From the NCBI GenBank assembly GCA_965262715.1, contig OZ253553.1:2176001-2240000 (forward strand): a stretch of DNA of 64,000 nt, written 5' to 3'. This DNA is from Bdellovibrionales bacterium (GTDB taxonomy: Bacteria; Bdellovibrionota; Bdellovibrionia; Bdellovibrionales; JAUICD01). Each line of letters begins with the position of its first letter. The stretch's first letter is position 1. The position numbers and the translations under genes are program-made. The notes beneath the pieces are model-generated. The model saw only the letters and a list, made by a program, of their open reading frames with translations. It had not been told where the DNA came from and made no database searches. Shown one piece after another: positions 29,988-39,672 of this stretch.

Positions 29988-31546
29988 TTCTCTTTGATCT
30001 TTGGTGGTCTAATTTTCACTTTAAATTCTACTTTCTTCTTATTTACTATATCATGTTTATCTATAAAAAAATTATCTTTTTCTTCATTAAGTATTACTTG
30101 TTCAGGCTGTTTGTGTATCATCGTTGCATCATTTTCTTTATTTGCAACCTGATTTGTTTGTTGAGGTTGTAAATCAGGTTCGTCTAAAGACAAATCAAGC
30201 TCCAGTTTATCTATCTTAAGTGATTCTATCTTAGGTATTTTATCTGAAGATTTTAATTTTTCTTGCAAACTAGATAATGCATCACTTTTTTTATTTCCTT
30301 GAAACGGATTTTTCATACCTTCTAATGCCTCTTTATTAAACACTGAAGATTTCACCTTTTCCATTTCACCTGTTTGATTTACAGATACATTGCCAATAGA
30401 AGCCGTTTGTTTTGGTTGTGAAGAAATGATATCTTTTTCTATAAAAAGAGTTTCCTTATGCGAGCTAATGAGCTTCTTTGGAGTTATATTTTCTTGATTT
30501 TGCAAGCTTTCAGGATACGGAAGATCAATTATAAAGGTACTTGCTTTATTACTTTTGGATTCCAAGTAAATATTTCCTTTATGCCCTTTGATGATGCCAA
30601 AGCAAACAGAAAGGCCTAATCCCTTTCCTTCTTGAGGTTCTTTTGTTGTAAAAAATGGTTCAAATATTTTATCTACAATATTCTCAGGCACACCAATTCC
30701 TGTATCACTGATCTGAATATGTACACCATTTTTTGTGTCCTCTGTATATATAGTTAGTATTCTTTTCTGAGATCTCTCCATAGCATAGATAGCATTATTG
30801 ATTAAATTGACGAAAACTTGTTGCATTTGAAGAGCATCTACATAAACATCTTGATCTGATATCAACTTTTTTTGGATTTGAATGTTTTTATCTTTTAATT
30901 GTGTTTCCATCAGATCTATTGTTTCTAGTATGACTTGATTGATATCTATCACCTTACAATCTAATGGTATATTTTTAGAAAACTTCATTAAATCTCTGGT
31001 AAAATCTTTAACTTTACGTATTTCTTTTTCAATGATATCTAGATGTTTTTGTAAGGGAAGACCAACCGACTTGCCTTTTGCTAGCTGTGCATGTCCTAAT
31101 ATGCCTGCGAGAGGATTATTGATCTCATGTGCAATACTTGTACTCAAATGATCCAAAGCTCTCATTTTGTCTCTTTGATTTAGAGTTTGATATTTTTTGT
31201 TGATCGACCGCTCATATTCTATAAAATACTCTCTCATGTGAAGTAGAAGGTCAGCAAGTTCCGCAAATGGACCTTTTACTATCTTTTGTTTTGCTAAATA
31301 TTTATCTGCAAAATAATTATCTTTCGTTAAATAAAGCAATGAGTGTTTAATCGATAAAAGTTTGTCATTGATTTTCTTTTCTACAAATAAAGTAGCCGCC
31401 AAAGCAATCAAAGAAAAACCAATCAATAAGATCATTGCCATCAGCATAAAATCATTGCGAGACTCCAAAGCAGGGCTAAAAATAGCTATGCTTTCACCAA
31501 TAAGCAATCCCATGATAACTATGGGTATAAAAAATGATATAAACAA
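29984..31546 (-). CDS. Membrane sensor histidine kinase with long C-terminal tail
   Basis: Two TM helices, IAHEINNPL, QVFVNLINNA, DTGIG, FEPFFTTK, GKGLGL. Confidence 0.93.
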   Translation of the reverse strand: MFISFFIPIVIMGLLIGESIAIFSPALESRNDFMLMAMILLIGFSLIALAATLFVEKKINDKLLSIKHSLLYLTKDNYFADKYLAKQKIVKGPFAELADLLLHMREYFIEYERSINKKYQTLNQRDKMRALDHLSTSIAHEINNPLAGILGHAQLAKGKSVGLPLQKHLDIIEKEIRKVKDFTRDLMKFSKNIPLDCKVIDINQVILETIDLMETQLKDKNIQIQKKLISDQDVYVDALQMQQVFVNLINNAIYAMERSQKRILTIYTEDTKNGVHIQISDTGIGVPENIVDKIFEPFFTTKEPQEGKGLGLSVCFGIIKGHKGNIYLESKSNKASTFIIDLPYPESLQNQENITPKKLISSHKETLFIEKDIISSQPKQTASIGNVSVNQTGEMEKVKSSVFNKEALEGMKNPFQGNKKSDALSSLQEKLKSSDKIPKIESLKIDKLELDLSLDEPDLQPQQTNQVANKENDATMIHKQPEQVILNEEKDNFFIDKHDIVNKKKVEFKVKIRPPKIKEK

Positions 31547-31876
31547 TAAATTGTAACGAAGCTTCAGAAATCACTCCTAGGTTGCATTTATTGACAAATA
31601 AACAGTCGCCAGCTTGCCAGAGAACTGGTTCACTGGAGCTTTACCAAGTTTAAATACATTCTGTACTCATTATTTGCATAAAGTTTATCTTTATTTTCTA
31701 AGATCTGACAAACCAAGTAATCAAATAACCAGACAATAAATATACCTGATGACCAGATCACTGAACTACCTGACTTCCAAAATTGTACTTTCATTATGAG
31801 AGCTTACACAATCTTAGTATGGCATTTAACGTTTCTCATACCAAGTTATTTTTTAACGATAAAAAGTGTGTATAGG

Positions 31877-32464
31877 CTAAAGAATATCTTTTATTGAAAG
31901 AAGGCAATGGAATTGTAATCCCTTAGCTTCAATATTTCCTTGCCCTCCTTCTTTGCGATCAACACAGGTAAGGACACCCTCAACATTGAGTTTTGCTTGC
32001 TGACATCTTTCTGCAGCAATAAGGCTTGTTTTTCCTGTTGTAACCACATCCTCTAATATCCAAACTTTATCACCTGGTTTCACATTATTCAGTCCTTCAA
32101 TAGGTTGCTTTGTACCATAAGTTTTTACTTTTTCTCTAATATACAAATTCAATAAAGGGATATCCCATGTTAAAGATTTTAAAGAGACTGCAGTGGTCAA
32201 TGGAAGTGCTCCTATACCCAGTCCCCCCACACCAACTACATGAGAGGTTTCTTCTTTAAAAAAAGTCAACATTAAATCACTAATGAGATCAAGTGCTTCT
32301 GGATATAAGAGAGTGGGTTTAAGATTGATATAGAAATCACTGATTTCTCCAGAGGAAAGACGAATAGGGCCTTTAGTAAGAGACTTTTGCCGAATAACAT
32401 TTATAAGTTGTGATTTTATATCTGATTGTCTATTCACATTTATTTTCCTCCCCTCAAAACACAC
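31877..32464 (-). CDS. pyrE: Orotate phosphoribosyltransferase
   Basis: LSSGEISDFYIN, ILEDVVTTGKT PRPP motif, VDRKEGG. Confidence 0.93.
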   Translation of the reverse strand: MCFEGRKINVNRQSDIKSQLINVIRQKSLTKGPIRLSSGEISDFYINLKPTLLYPEALDLISDLMLTFFKEETSHVVGVGGLGIGALPLTTAVSLKSLTWDIPLLNLYIREKVKTYGTKQPIEGLNNVKPGDKVWILEDVVTTGKTSLIAAERCQQAKLNVEGVLTCVDRKEGGQGNIEAKGLQFHCLLSIKDIL

Positions 32465-32735
32465 AGTGATTGCCTTATTTTAGTCAAATTATCCATAACT
32501 TTCAATGATATCACAAAATTGTTACTTTTTAACTTGGAAAAAATATGATTTAGATCTTTTACAAGTTGTTCAAGTTTGTTGACAGAAAAGCAACTACTAT
32601 GAACCTATAACAAGAATGCTTTGATTTTCAATCACATTCACTTCTTTTCATTATCTAGAGAGTTTAAACACTTTTAGTGAAAAAATCTCTTCATTGCCTA
32701 GCACTATATTAAAGAGGCTATCCTTTAAGGATTAA

Positions 32736-33646
32736 TTACTCCGTACAGAGTGCTTTTTTCTTAAGTGAAGCACTTATTTCTTGTAATATCTGAGTGTAAT
32801 CATCCTCACAGATGCTTTTTGATATTCCTCTTGTCTGGTTAACAAGAGCAGCAATTGGTTCATGGTATAAATCAACTTCCCAATCAAAATCATCCCCATC
32901 TATCCAACGGCCAAAATCACCATTACTCTTGGCCTGATTGAAGCAATCTTCATCTTGAATAATAATACCATAATTTACATAAGGCTTTGAAGATGTAAAA
33001 GCATTTGTAACTGCTGCAAGAACATTCGCAGGTGTACGAGGTGAATAATCTTGAGGAACGCCTTCACTGTTAGGAGAAACTGTTGTTTCATTAGATAAGA
33101 TAATTGTAATGAGTGTCGCGCGATCTCTAAAAAATCCTGTGGTATTTTGTTGATCAATAGCATTCATAATACTCAAAAAAGGCTGTTCAGTGCTAGAGCC
33201 TTCAGAACACCTATCACCTGGATCACCTCGCCCTGCTGGACATGGTATACTTTCACGTTGAATCGTATTATCAAAAATTTCTTGAAGAACCCCTTGCCCG
33301 TTAAAATGATTTTCTAGCTCTGGTGTGAGTATTTGTACTGTATTTCCATCAATTAAAATTCGCCATTTGCATTTTCTAAGTTATAAAAAGCACCACTAAA
33401 ACCTGGTTGAATCTGAGTGTTATCTGTACTTGTAAAAGCTATTTGCCAATCTACATCTGCATCTGTAAGATTTGAAAACAGTTCTCTAAAAGGAACTGCA
33501 AAGTTTCCTTGATACTTAGACATTGAAGGAGAATTATCTATCACAACTAGAATATCTGCCATATCGCTTGGCGCGTCTGGGTCACAAGTAAGAGGTACTT
33601 GTCCATCATCTTCATCTTCGGGTTTTTCATCTGTTCCAAGAGGCAT
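32736..33646 (-). pseudogene. Fragmented vWA-like domain protein
   Basis: ADILVVIDNSPSM (MIDAS-like), DWQIAFTSTD, GFFRDRATLITIILSNE, SICEDDY split across frames; no signal peptide or RBS at the 5' end. Confidence 0.65.
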
Positions 33647-33648
33647 TT

Positions 33649-34250
33649 GATGGAGAATGTGATAACTCTGAAAAAGATGGTTGTGCGAAAGGACGAGCTT
33701 ATCACCGTTTCTCTGGCTCCGATGCTACACATTATTATTGGGGATGCACAGGCGGCGGCGGTGGTTCTAAGACAAGCTACAACGCTTGTAAAATAGAAAG
33801 ACCTCAAGAAGATGGCGACTGTGGAAGCTCTTGTGGCCATTGTTTAGCAGGTTTTGCAGGCCGTACTAGCAATACATCCACGGCTTGCAGCTGGACATGT
33901 CAGGGTGTTGCAGATGGTGAAGATGACGAATGTAGTGCAGTAAGAAGCGCAGAATGTGGTAGTTATGAAGGAAACTGCACTGTAGGCAATTCAGAAGACC
34001 TGCCGGATACATCAACTCACTATGAATGGAAATGTACAACATCTAGTGGTAGTACTGATTATTGTGATGAGGAAATACCAGTTACACCCGGCACTTTACC
34101 TCCTACAGGACAAGGACCACAATGTGATGAAGCCACCGAAAACGGATGTTTAAGAGGTGGTCTAACAAATACACCAGTACACCCTCTGAGTATAAGTGGC
34201 AGTGCTCTGTAGGTAGCAGCATTGCCAACTGTAGTAAGGCCAAAGATTAA
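33649..34250 (+). pseudogene. 5'-truncated Cys/Gly-rich repeat protein fragment
   Basis: Open frame without a start: DGECDNSEKDGCAKG...YYWGCTGGGGG...DGDCGSSCGHCLAG...SWTCQG...YEWKCTTSSG; frameshift near 34180. Confidence 0.6.
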
Positions 34251-34374
34251 CTATAAGGATAATAAAAAATAAAATAATCCTAAGTTCATAACTAGTACTA
34301 TATTGGCAAGCTATCTATCCTTATGATAGAAAGAAGGTTGCGTAAGGTCACTTAATTCATAAAACGTTTCACAT

Positions 34375-35139
34375 CTACGCTAAATCTATAGAAAATAGAT
34401 GCCAAAATACTTTCCAATAAAGCCTTTTTATTCTAAAACTTAACCAACTATCTGTATAAGGATCGATCTTTCTAAGCTTCTTTATCACCTCTGAGTTTGG
34501 AGCAGATTTTATCATAGCCTTTATCATACTCATATTCCCCACTACAACAGCGTTGTGAAAGGCCATGACTATATTCATTTCTGTAGGGTCAGATTGCATA
34601 AAAGACTGCACTATTAACTGCATATCTGTATCATCAATACGCGCTTGATAAGCTAATAAGGAAAAAGCTGTCACGCCTAATCCTGCAGTTGTGTCTATAG
34701 CTTCGAATTCTTCCAGTAATAAGTTCACTATATGAGGATAGCCCCTCTTTACAGCTAAGTGTAAAGGTGTTATAAGTAACTCCTCACTTGTAATATTTCG
34801 AACAACATTCACAACTTTATTTGAAGATATCAATGTATCGAAATCTATGAAAACAATATCCTCATCAAGTTCTACAAATCTTGTGTTATCATCAAACCCG
34901 AGAGCACTTAAAGGCACCCAAACATTTTGGTTTGCTCCATCATTCAAAAGTCTTCTTACAGCTCTATAATCTGGCTCTGAGATGGCACGCATTAAGCTGA
35001 GGCTAAGCGACCATTGCTCTTGAACAGACAAACTCGAAGCACAATCTAAACCTGTTTTATTCTGACTACTGGCTAATCCAGTGTGGGACATCAAAACAAT
35101 GATTAAACATACAACAACCCTACAAAAATACATCTGCAC
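34375..35139 (-). CDS. Secreted ankyrin-repeat protein
   Basis: Signal peptide; TPLHLAVKRGYPHIVNLLLE. Confidence 0.8.
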   Translation of the reverse strand: MQMYFCRVVVCLIIVLMSHTGLASSQNKTGLDCASSLSVQEQWSLSLSLMRAISEPDYRAVRRLLNDGANQNVWVPLSALGFDDNTRFVELDEDIVFIDFDTLISSNKVVNVVRNITSEELLITPLHLAVKRGYPHIVNLLLEEFEAIDTTAGLGVTAFSLLAYQARIDDTDMQLIVQSFMQSDPTEMNIVMAFHNAVVVGNMSMIKAMIKSAPNSEVIKKLRKIDPYTDSWLSFRIKRLYWKVFWHLFSIDLA

Positions 35140-35197
35140 TTCCTTAAACTGACTAAACTCGTCTTTTACTCTATATTTTGCAAAAAGTCAAGCCGGC

Positions 35198-35343
35198 CTC
35201 TGTTTCACTAAAATGCATCTGACGTCACTTTCTGGCGATAACCCTGATGGCTCCATCAGAAAATGGTTATCGCCTAGAAAGAAAGATGCATTTTAGGAAG
35301 GAGACTCTCCTCATTTTTTAACAAAATGTTAAGGAAATTTTCC
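35198..35343 (+). repeat. Dispersed structured repeat family A copy
   Basis: CTCTGTTTCACTAAAATG...CACTTTCTGGCGATAACC...GGTTATCGCCTAGAAAG...ATGTTAAGGAAA. Confidence 0.85.
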
Positions 35344-35685
35344 ATTTATTACTTACATCTTCAAGAAATTGCTGACTGCCTCAAAAATCCGTTTATTTTG
35401 AGTGAGTTTGTATAATGCAAAACTGGTATCTTTTTTAAAACTTTTATCTCTAGTAGCATTTTTGAGATGGCTTCTATATATAATACGCGGACGCAGGTCA
35501 TAAAACCTGCCCGCACCCACTAGTCGAATCCAGTGGGGATGTTATCATTTATCTTCATCTACACTTTAAAGTTGTCAAATATTTTATTTAGAATAATATT
35601 TTTCCCTTTTAAATTTAACTCAAAGGGTTTCTTTAATTTTCAAATGGGATCATTTTAAAATAAGCCATATTTCAGAGAAATACTT

Positions 35686-36288
35686 TTATATTCCACTTTT
35701 GATATTTTTGAGTCTCTTATTTTGATTAATCGTCCATATATCCTGCTTATTATTACTAAATGACCTACTTGCACCAATTGTAAACTTTACTTTATGTCTA
35801 CCTGTATTCTCTACTTTTGCGTTTGCTGTTGCAGGAATAGCATCAGAAGTATCAGTAATGCAATCACAAGGATTACTACTAAGACACAATTTTTGTATAT
35901 TTACCAATTCGGTTTTATTACATTTTGTGTTTAAAACTTCTGGACCTTGATAACCAGGACACTGAGTTCTAGCATTTTGATGATTTGTATTGCAAACAGA
36001 AGGATTTGTGCCATCAGGCCATCCTGCATTGTAGGCTACATTACCTCTACTTCTAAACCCCATTTGTGGCAAGTTAGTGGTTCCATAGCCCCAATTAAGA
36101 GAAAAGGTGCGTTCTATAGTGTACATACTCGAAAGCAGCATTTTAGCTTCATTTTGCAAAGCTCTTCTTTGATATTTTTGGTACTGAGGAATAGCAATGA
36201 CTGTTAATATTCCTATAATAGCAACAGCCACCATAATTTCAATTAAAGAAAATCCATATTGATTGAGTTTTATTTTTACCCTTTTCAT
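35686..36288 (-). CDS. Type IVa pilin (PilA-like)
   Basis: G|FSLIEIMVAVAIIGILTVIAIPQYQKYQRRALQNEAK prepilin motif. Confidence 0.92.
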   Translation of the reverse strand: MKRVKIKLNQYGFSLIEIMVAVAIIGILTVIAIPQYQKYQRRALQNEAKMLLSSMYTIERTFSLNWGYGTTNLPQMGFRSRGNVAYNAGWPDGTNPSVCNTNHQNARTQCPGYQGPEVLNTKCNKTELVNIQKLCLSSNPCDCITDTSDAIPATANAKVENTGRHKVKFTIGASRSFSNNKQDIWTINQNKRLKNIKSGI

Positions 36289-36301
36289 AACCTCTCTCCT
36301 T

Positions 36302-36450
36302 ACAAATCACCTAAATCTTTATAGTAAGTTAAAATTGAATACTTTAAGCCAAAGACGAGATATTCCGCAGAGTCATCGCTGTCTAAGCGATGGCTCGAGG
36401 ACTTCGAGGCTTGGCTTAAAATATTAAATCAAAGCTTTCAAAGATTTTTT
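36302..36450. repeat. Dispersed palindromic repeat family B, copy 1
   Basis: Matches 58662-58810 with a shared core (GACGAGAT.TTCCGCAGAG...CTCGAGGACTTCGAG) and covarying stems. Confidence 0.85.
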
Positions 36451-36568
36451 CCTTGTTTTTTCTAAAAAAACAACACATCCCTCGTCTCTTAACATAATGT
36501 TAAGGAAATCCTGTTCTTATCTATTCTATCTTCTCTACTTCTTTTAGCCTTCTTATATAATCCAATCT

Positions 36569-36721
36569 CTCTGTCTCACTTAAAATGAACCTGCCTCTGG
36601 CAGCTTTTGGATAGTTAGCATGAAGGCTCACGCCTTCAATAAAATGCTAACTATCTCAAAAATCCGTTCATTTTAAGTAAACAGATATCCCTCGTCTCTT
36701 AACATTATGTTAAGGAAATCC
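36569..36721 (+). repeat. Dispersed structured repeat family A copy
   Basis: CTCTGTCTCACTTAAAATG...CCTCTGGC...TGAAGG/CCTTCA...CATTTTAAGT...CCCTCG...ATGTTAAGGAAA. Confidence 0.8.
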
Positions 36722-36762
36722 TGTTCTTATCTATTCTATCTTCTCTACTTCTTTTAGCCTTC

Positions 36763-37452
36763 TTATAATCCAATTTGAACATTCTTTAATCTTCCATTCT
36801 CGTTAATGTACCAATTATCATTATGTGAACTGCCTGTAAAACGTGCTGTTGCGCCAATGCCAAATTTTACTGCAGCAGCATCAGGGTCACTTTTATTATT
36901 TATCTCTATTTCATAGCTACCAAAAGTTGGTGGTATATCAAAATTTGAAGTAGCAGTAGGATTAAAGGTACATGGAGATTCATCCTTAAAATTACTGTCT
37001 TTACATACTTCTTTTACATTTGTGAAGTTTTTTAAAGCAGGAGGCGAAAGCCCTAAGTCATTATAACTAAGGCTTGGTCTATTTAAATCACTTGGCAAAT
37101 AAGGACCTTCATATTTAGTTACTGTTCCGCTACCATTAACCTCATTGATATCTGACGTTGCTGATATATGACTTGTTTCCCAACCAGCATTATAAAAGTA
37201 ATTGCCTCGAGGGAAAAACCCCAATTGATGAAAGTTGGGTGTCCCATAACCCCATTCGTCAACAAAAGCTCTTTCTTTTGCATAAAGTCCAGAAAGCAAA
37301 ACCTTTGCTTCAGTCTGCATGCCTTTTCTTTGTGATTTTTGATAATGAGGAATTCCAATCACAGTTAAAAGACCCACTATCACTAAAGTCATCAAAATTT
37401 CAGCTAAAGAAAATCCTTTTTGATCAAAATAAAAATACCATTTTTTTCTCAT
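36763..37452 (-). CDS. Type IVa pilin paralogue
   Basis: G|FSLAEILMTLVIVGLLTVIGIPHYQKSQRKGMQTEAK; shares WGYGT.N..Q.GF..RGN..YNAGW and KF.IGA with the neighbouring pilin. Confidence 0.9.
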   Translation of the reverse strand: MRKKWYFYFDQKGFSLAEILMTLVIVGLLTVIGIPHYQKSQRKGMQTEAKVLLSGLYAKERAFVDEWGYGTPNFHQLGFFPRGNYFYNAGWETSHISATSDINEVNGSGTVTKYEGPYLPSDLNRPSLSYNDLGLSPPALKNFTNVKEVCKDSNFKDESPCTFNPTATSNFDIPPTFGSYEIEINNKSDPDAAAVKFGIGATARFTGSSHNDNWYINENGRLKNVQIGL

Positions 37453-37759
37453 AAATTTAAGCTCACATATTCTCTATTTATCTTAATTTTATTATACATT
37501 ATCTGATTTCATTTTGCTGATTTTTATCTACAACGTGCTTTTATTCTTTATGATATTGGATCAAATCAATACATAAATCTTGCGGCGAATGTACTTTAGG
37601 TGGATGTTATTATCCGGGATCTGGCATTCTGCCAATCCGGAAACCAGTCCCCGGGAACTGATACCAGAAGGTCTATTCTGAGCGCATAGATTACAATTTA
37701 TATTAAAATGCCTTATAATATCTAATTTTAAATTACAAAAGAGTTAAATAAAAGTTATT

Positions 37760-38534
37760 ATGAAAGACAAAAAGGTAACCACGCATAGACCAAAAACCTA
37801 GTAGAAACCCATAGAATCCAAAGCTTATAGTGAATATATTATCTTTGTTGATGAAAGTGGTGATCATGGCCTTGAGTCTATCGACAGCAAATATCCTCTA
37901 TTTGTTTTGAATTTTTGCATCTTCCATAAAGACAATTATATAAAAGATATTATACCAAAAATCCACAAATTCAAATTTAAACACTTTGGCTACGATACTG
38001 TAATATTACATGAACATCATATCCATAAGCAAAAACCACCTTTTACCTTCTTGCAAACTGAAAATAAACATGAAGTCTTTATGAAAGAATTAGGCAGATT
38101 GATTGAAGAACTTGAATTTACTATATTACCAGTTGTGATTAAAAAACAAGAACTGAAAATCAATACGCTAAACCCTGCAATTCTTACGAGTTGACACTTA
38201 CTTTCTGTATGGAAAAAACCTATTCCTTTCTTAGAAAACAATATCAGATTAAGAAACTTTCACATATTGTTATTTAAAAAAGAGGGCAAAAAAAGATGAA
38301 AAACTTAAACAAACTTTCCATGAAGTTTGTAATGGCAATAATTATAATGGGATAAAGATGAATAACTTTGAAATAATTTTTGCAGATAAAAAAATTAATT
38401 CCACAGGCCTACAATTAGCCGACCTAACAGCTCGCCCAATAGGCCGATATATTATGGACCCTCATCAAGACAACCGTGCGTGGAAAATTATTGAAAAAAA
38501 ATTGACTAACATTGGCATTAAAGTTTTTCCCTAA
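37760..38534 (+). pseudogene. DUF3800-family pseudogene with multiple frameshifts
   Basis: EYIIFVDESGDHGL...YPLFVL...VILHEH.I...KKINSTGLQLADLTARPIG...IKVFP* across several frames. Confidence 0.85.
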
Positions 38535-38594
38535 AAAATGAAAAGCTCTAGAAACCCTAGAGCAAGTCACCGACCAGGAACAACCCCCAATCCA
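38535..38594 (-). ncRNA. Putative DUF3800-associated small RNA transcribed convergently; ends approximate
   Basis: GC-richer structured stretch directly after the stop, ending in the hairpin GCTCTAG/CTAGAGC plus T-tract on the minus strand; promoter immediately upstream. Confidence 0.55.
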
Positions 38595-38600
38595 GTCTTC

Positions 38601-38629
38601 ATAGTAACTCATGAACAATCCTTTGTCAA
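38601..38629 (-). promoter_or_regulatory. Sigma70-type promoter pointing toward the DUF3800 3' end
   Basis: TTGACA-17 bp-TACTAT. Confidence 0.7.
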
Positions 38630-38933
38630 ATCACAATGTCTTTTCTATAGCTGCTTCTGATTTATTATCTTAACCTGCATTTAATCTCTTGTTAATGTCT
38701 AAACCCAGATTTGATGTACAGTTTAGAATGCAATGTTTGATTTACGGACCTCAAACCCCATTTATTTATACTTTTAGCTGGTATATTTCTTGCTTATACC
38801 TTAAATATCCACTCAAGAGGGGTGTAAAATCTGAAGAAACAACTTTTAGAAAATATTGTATGAGCGCAGGAAATAAGATAAAAGAACAAATGTACATGAT
38901 ATAATAAAGAGAAAATAATAAAGGGTTAAAGTA

Positions 38934-39566
38934 ATGAGTTCAAAGAATAAACACAATCAAAAAGATCAAGAGAAAACACCTGCTTTTAATGAAGTTTGGC
39001 AAATATTGAAAGAAACTGCTAAAGAGCGAAAAGAATCTCATAAAGCTTTCAAAGAAGAAATGAAAGAGAGCCGAATAAAATTTGATAAAGACATGGAAGA
39101 AAGTCGTATAGAATTTGATAAAAACATGAATGAAATGCGAGGTATTTGGAATAATGCTTGGACTGATTTTGTAGAAAGTTTGGTAAGTGGCTCTCTAGCT
39201 AAAATGCTTCAAGAATGGATGCCTTCTATCACTCAAACTATGAAAAATATTGAGTGTTATCGTAATGGCCTTGATTGTGACATTGATATCATAGCAGTCA
39301 ATGATGAGAGCCTAGTTGCTGTTGACGTCAAATCAACTCTTAATATTAAAGATGTAAATGATTTTTTAGAAAAACTTCAAAAATTTATTATGTTTTTTCC
39401 TCAATTTAAGAATTACAATGTTTATGGAGCTCTTGCATACTTTAAAGTCACTCAAGGTGCTGACAAATTTGCAATGAAGCAAGGACTATTTGTCATCCGT
39501 GATAGCGGTGAAATTCTTAATAAAAAAGGTACTTTTAAACCTCAAATTATTAAACAGCTACCATAA
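38934..39566 (+). CDS. Coiled-coil + PD-(D/E)xK protein (DUF3782-like), paralogue 1
   Basis: FNEVWQILKETA, 11-aa repeats, DIDIIAVN...VAVDVKSTL...DV.DFLEKL..F..FFP...VYGALAY. Confidence 0.75.
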   Translation: MSSKNKHNQKDQEKTPAFNEVWQILKETAKERKESHKAFKEEMKESRIKFDKDMEESRIEFDKNMNEMRGIWNNAWTDFVESLVSGSLAKMLQEWMPSITQTMKNIECYRNGLDCDIDIIAVNDESLVAVDVKSTLNIKDVNDFLEKLQKFIMFFPQFKNYNVYGALAYFKVTQGADKFAMKQGLFVIRDSGEILNKKGTFKPQIIKQLP

Positions 39567-39672
39567 AACTTTAAGAAACAACTTTTAGAAAATATTGTAT
39601 GAAAGCAAAAAACAAGATAGAAGAATAAATCTATATGATATAATGAAGAGAAAATGATGAAAGGTTAAAATA

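Noticed and set aside
31690..31780. Degenerate ~8-bp repeats (also ~27760-27805)
   Set aside because: Too degenerate to define a unit or function by eye.
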